NCBI GenBank assembly: GCA_040954595.2
Contig: CM082578.2
Span: 4,508,831 to 4,572,830 of the forward strand
From: Balanoglossus misakiensis
Taxonomy: Eukaryota > Animalia > Hemichordata
Length of the DNA: 64,000 nt
Direction: 5' to 3'
The stretch's first letter is position 1. The number at the start of each line of letters is the position of its first letter. A model generated the notes under the pieces. It worked only from the letters and a program-made list of their open reading frames with translations, did not search any database and was not told the DNA's origin. Below are positions 61,601-64,000 of the stretch, one piece after another. The translations under genes and the position numbers were made by a program.

Positions 61601-64000
61601 CTTGTGTCAATTCTTTGTCGCTCTAGATCTCAGACACCGCTGCAGGTACACTTCTGAAACTTGCTACAGTGGTCAAGGTCAATGAGTAGATGTGCATTGA
61701 ACCCTTGAATTTTTAATTGGTCACGTGACCTGGCGGCCATATTGGATTTTCTGAAAAAATGCAAATCTTAGATCTCAGAAACTACAAGTCAGATCGACTT
61801 CAAATTTGGTGTGCAGGTAGTCTACCTTCTACCCATCATTTTTGTAATTGGATATTTTGCTGTCAATGTTGCAGTTTTTTTGCTACAATTTTTTTTCTGA
61901 AATCCGGCTTAAATTTCAAAAATCTTCTTCTCTAGAACTGGTGATAACCGAGACACGGGGTTTGGGGTATGTAGTCACCTATCTGATGTCTATCAAGTTT
62001 GCGAAGATCTTTGTGATTGGTCGAAGATTATGGCGGCCATATTGGATTTTCGTAAAACCTTAGTAAAATTTCAAAAATCTTCTTCTCAAGAACCGGCGAT
62101 AACCGAGTCACAAGATTTGGTGTGTGTGGTCATTAAACAGATGTCTATCAAGTTTGCGAAGAGGAATGTGATTGGTCGAAGATTATGGCGGCCATATTGG
62201 ATTTTGTGAAAAACGATTAAAAAGTAAAAATTCCCTTTCTAGCCTAAAAATTGATAGCACAGAAATTCTTTTTATGGATATGAATCATCATATGACAAGA
62301 ATATGCTATAAATATTTTGGTAATTTTGGCAATGACCTTTGACCTACTTTTGACACATCATTTTTCTGCATATCTAATTCCAGGCTAACCAATAGGGCTA
62401 TAAGTTTGGTTTTTGATGTATGTGGATTAGTGTGTGATCAAAATATTTTGCTACTTTTTGTGACCCCTTTGACCCCTGCTGACCTCATTAAATATGCACA
62501 TACCTAATTAATGATGAACCAGTAGACCTAGAGGTTTTGTTTTTGTTATACATGGACCAGTATGGGGTCAAAATATTTTGCCTAAATGTTGGGTGACCTC
62601 GGGTGACCTTTGATCTACTTAACACTATATCAGCATCAGATCAGATAATAGAGCTTGGGCCCGGACAATGCTGCTTGCAGCTTTAATCTTTCTTTATTCT
62701 TGTGTCAATTCTTTGTCGCTCTAGATCTCAGACACCACTGCAGGTACACTTCTCAAACTTGCTACAGTGGTCAAGGTCAATGAGTAGATGTGCATTGAAC
62801 CCTTGAATTTTTAATTAGTCACGTGACCTGGCGGCCATATTAGATTTTCTGAAAAAATGCAAATCTCAGATCTCAGAAACTACAAGTCAGATCGACTTCA
62901 AACTTGGTGTGCAGGTAGTCTACCTTCTACCCATCATTTTTGTAATTGGATATTTTGCTGTCAATGTTGCAGTTTTTTTGCTACAGTTGTTTTTCTGAAA
63001 TCTGGTCAAAATTTCAAAAATCTTCTTCTCCAGAACCGGCGATAACCGAGTCACGCGGTTTGGGGTATGTGGTCACCAAACTGAGGTCTATCAAGTTTGC
63101 GAAGATCATTGTGATTGGTCGAAGATTATGGCGGCCATATTGGATTTTCGAAAAACCCTAGTAAAATTTCAAAAATCTTCTTCTCAAGAACCGGCGATAA
63201 CCGAGTCACAAGATTTGGTGTGTGTGGTCATTAAACAGATGTCTATCAAGTTTGCGAAGATCATTGTGATTGGTCGAAGATTTTGGCGGCCATATTGGAT
63301 TTTGTGAACAACGATTAAAAAGTAAAAATTCTGTTTCTAGCCTAAAAATTGATAGCACAGAAATTCTTTTTATGGATATGAATCATCATATGACAAGAAT
63401 AAGCTATAAATATTTTGGTAATTTTGGCAATGACCTTTGACCTACTTTTGACGCATCATTTTTCTGCATATCTAATTCCAGGCTAACCAATAGGGCTATA
63501 AGTTTGGTTTTTGATGTATGTGGTTTTGTATGTGATCAAAAAATTTTGCTACTTTTCATGACCCCTTTGACCTCTGCTGACCTCATTAAATATGCGCATA
63601 CCTAATTACAGATGAACCAAATGACCTAGAGGTTTGTTTTTTTCTGGACATGGATCAGTATGGGGTCAAAATATTTTGCCCAAATGTTGGATGACCTCGG
63701 GTGACCTTTGACCTACTTTTGCATATCTCGACATCCACAGCAGATACAGCCTTGGCGTTTGGAGGTATGGGGCCATAATGAAAAGCCAAAGTTTTGGGTC
63801 ACCTGTGACACCTGCTTAACTCATTATTTATGTGCATACCTAATTCCGGGCTAACCAAAAGGGCTAGAGATCTGGTTTTTGTTGGACTTGGACCACTATG
63901 GGTCAAAATTTTCTGCCCAAATTGTGGGTTACCTCTGGGTGACATTTGACCTACTTTTGCATATCTTGACATCCACAGCAGATACAGCCTTGGCGTTTGG
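55659..64000. repeat. Tandem array of 1.1-2.1-kb Helentron-like non-autonomous (HINE/DINE-1-like) units, running off the window end
   Basis: Units end in gcttgggccc-ggacaat-gctgcttgcagc-tttaat at ~57088, 59217, 60335, 61568 and 62687 and are separated by (TTTC)n; internal sub-repeats vary in number. The tandem structure is certain; the Helentron assignment is by structural analogy. Confidence 0.85.

Noticed and set aside
55237-63161. Many short recurring ORFs in the terminal array
   Set aside because: By-products of tandem repeats with no protein motifs.

Overview
AT-rich, intron-containing eukaryotic DNA, most likely from a marine invertebrate (inferred from gene and transposon families; species not determinable here). 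Two host genes on the + strand. (1) An adhesion GPCR whose 18 coding exons (17664-35861) can be joined with consistent GT-AG sites and phases (>=1426 aa: Ig-like domains, an unrecognised 966-bp Cys-rich exon, HormR, GAIN/GPS, 7TM); its 5' start was not found. (2) A TRIM-NHL gene with an intronless CDS (51800-55240) and two tandem RING-B-box-B-box-coiled-coil modules. Much of the rest is mobile DNA: a frameshifted, 5'-truncated LINE; an AcademH-like RecQ-helicase remnant with a 9-bp TSD; a 1.2-kb foldback (Galileo/P-like) element and a P-like MITE, both with 7-bp TSDs; many MITEs; an apparently intact PAT-type tyrosine-recombinase retrotransposon whose empty target site is preserved in a local segmental duplication; and a >8.7-kb tandem array of Helentron-like (HINE) units starting 9 bp after the TRIM stop. 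Coordinates were read by hand and may be off by a few bases. No prokaryote-type system, CRISPR array, rRNA or tRNA gene is supported.
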